This document shows positions 62,499 to 64,000 of a DNA stretch of 64,000 nucleotides, piece after piece. The position numbers and the translations under genes were made by a program. Source of the DNA: Camelus dromedarius (taxonomy: Eukaryota); the NCBI RefSeq assembly GCF_036321535.1, contig NC_087438.1, positions 3,412,001 through 3,476,000 of the forward strand, read 5' to 3'. How positions within the stretch are numbered: the first letter of the stretch is position 1; every line of letters starts with the position of its first letter. Under the pieces are notes generated by a model. The model made no database searches, had not been told where the DNA came from, and saw only the letters and a list, made by a program, of their open reading frames with translations.

Positions 62499-62636
62499 CT
62501 TTGGCATGGTCCACGATGGAGAAGGGAACGTGTGCAAAAAGTCAGAGGGCAACATAATGTCCCCCACGTTGGCAGGACGCAACGGGGTTTTCTCCTGGTC
62601 ACCCTGCAGCCGCCAGTACCTGCACAAATTTTTAAG
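62499..62636 (+). CDS. ADAMTS16: ADAMTS16 coding exon 9 (NFGMVHDGEGNVCKKSEGNIMSPTLAGRNGVFSWSPCSRQYLHKFL; third zinc His and Met-turn)
   Basis: Acceptor ctcctag|C completes the AA+C Asn codon; donor TTAAG|gtagga; 138 nt; completes HExxHxxGxxHD and has IM Met-turn and WSxCS. Confidence 0.96.
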
Positions 62637-63899
62637 GTAGGAGCCCCTGAAGCTGGCTGTGTGTCTCTTGGTGCCTTTGATGCTCTGCGTGGTCGGCCTA
62701 ACCCTGTCTGAGCAGCTCCAGCCCCAGGGGCAACTTCCCCGGAAGGTCCCCATTTAAGGCATCTCAAGACATTCATTTGACCAAAGAGTTTACCAAGTTT
62801 CTTCAGTCTTAATCCAACATCATTTGACCTTTAAACTCAAAAGAAGCCCATAGGATACTTACCAAAGCAAAGTATTTGTCACTAAAATTTAAGCTTTTTT
62901 AAAAAAATTCTTCTATAACTAGACATTTTTCAGTCCATAATTTTTTTTAATTTTTAAATGTTTTTAAAATTCTTTCTTGCAGTTAATTGAGATATGATTG
63001 ACATACCATGAATTATTTTTTCTTACAAAATACATTTCTTATTAGGAAGAAAAAAAAATGAGTATATAAACCTTCACCTGGGTCTAAAATCCTATGATTT
63101 TAAGAATTATTTTTAGAAGCTTTTATTATAGTTCTAATTCACTTAGGGTGTAGACCACTGGGGAGGTTGGGTTTGATCCCCTGAAAAAGTAAGTTTTAAA
63201 ATTTTAGAGAAATAAGGGACTTTAAGAAACATTTTGGATCTGCTAGTAAAGTGGATTATCCCCCAAATGTCAATGGCTTTGAAGTTTGGCTTAAACTGGA
63301 AACTGAAATTCTGTTCGAAACTCACATGACGCTCCATCACAGGGCAGTGAGCTCTTGGCCCCATGTGGTCACTCATGCTGTCACTCAGAGACCCAGGTTC
63401 TTTCCGTCCTGTGGCTCTTTCCTCCTCAAGGACTCAGTTCCTCACTGCAGCCAGCTGGTGGCTGAGAAAAGAGGGAGCTCTGGAGAGGGTGCAGGACAGG
63501 GGCCATGCTCCTGGAAGTGGGAACTCAGCCAATGGCCCTCAGCACAAGGGGTGGGGATGTGCAACACTGTCCATCTGTGTGCCCTGGAGGAAAGGGACAC
63601 GAGGGTGAGTAAAGAGAGGGCTGTCCGTGCTGTGCTAGCAACTCCAAGTCATATCACAGCTGGAGTAACTGAGACCCGGAGGCACCAGATAGTTAGTGGC
63701 AGAAATGAGAGTAAAGCCGGCGCATTCTGGACCCTAGATGTAGCCTTCGTCCACCGATCCCAAGAACCACAGATGCAAAAGTGGAGGAGAAGTAAGTCTG
63801 TGGCAATCATGGCTATTGCTTGTGTTTTTATTGATAGGTGCTTAATAAAATTACTTGGTTCAAGTACTGAAAAAAAAAAAAGATAAGGGACATTTCTCC

Positions 63900-64000
63900 T
63901 GCTTCATTGTTTTTCTTCAGTATTGCTTTGACAATTCTGGGTCTTTTGTGATTCTATATATCATATAATAAATTTTAAGATCATTTGTTCTAGTTTGGTG
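63900..64000 (-). mobile_element. L1 ORF2 fragment running off the window end
   Basis: ttcttcagtattgctttgacaattctgggtcttttgtgattc...aattttaagatcatttgttctagtt. Confidence 0.65.

Larger units (their letters stand above)
6854..62636 (+). other. ADAMTS16: ADAMTS16 gene, 5' part (coding exons 1-9, 1532 nt of CDS; gene continues beyond the window)
   Basis: Nine GT-AG-bounded exons splice into one frame encoding signal peptide, Pep_M12B propeptide and reprolysin domain. Motifs QKQHFCGRRKKYMP, ELNVETLVVVD, SALFKDGTIGGNINI and AHESGHNFGMVHDGEGN match ADAMTS16 as I recall it (closest paralog ADAMTS18). Exon lengths are 132/103/326/283/200/84/160/106/138. Confidence 0.95.

Noticed and set aside
1..64000. 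A novel multi-gene biological system
   Set aside because: Only one protein-coding gene (ADAMTS16) is supported; everything else is explained by repeats, CpG islands or candidate regulatory motifs.

Overview
This is mammalian (eukaryotic) genomic DNA, most likely camelid: it has a tRNA-Ala-derived Vic-1-type SINE and cetartiodactyl L1 3' ends, and I recognised no ruminant, pig or primate SINEs. The window holds the promoter CpG island and the first nine coding exons of ADAMTS16 on the + strand: join 6854-6985, 7073-7175, 13748-14073, 44482-44764, 49226-49425, 50839-50922, 53097-53256, 54739-54844, 62499-62636. All introns are GT-AG and the reading frame is continuous. These exons encode the signal peptide, the prodomain with furin sites, and the reprolysin metalloprotease domain (HESGHNFGMVHD plus Met-turn); the gene continues past the window. 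The remainder is intronic or upstream DNA with L1, L2, MIR, LTR and DNA-transposon remnants, and nearly all ORF-track entries are non-coding artefacts. I found no convincing new multi-gene system. The best leads are regulatory or isoform-level: a basic N-terminal extension with two in-frame ATGs, a stop-free 87-nt intron 1, an exactly 22-bp-phased ETS-motif array inside an old LTR, an inverted pair of MER41-like solo LTRs just upstream of exon 5, an orphan CpG island directly upstream of exon 9, and CpG-rich old repeats suggestive of GC-biased gene conversion. Repeat family names and human comparisons come from recalled consensus sequences, not from a database search.
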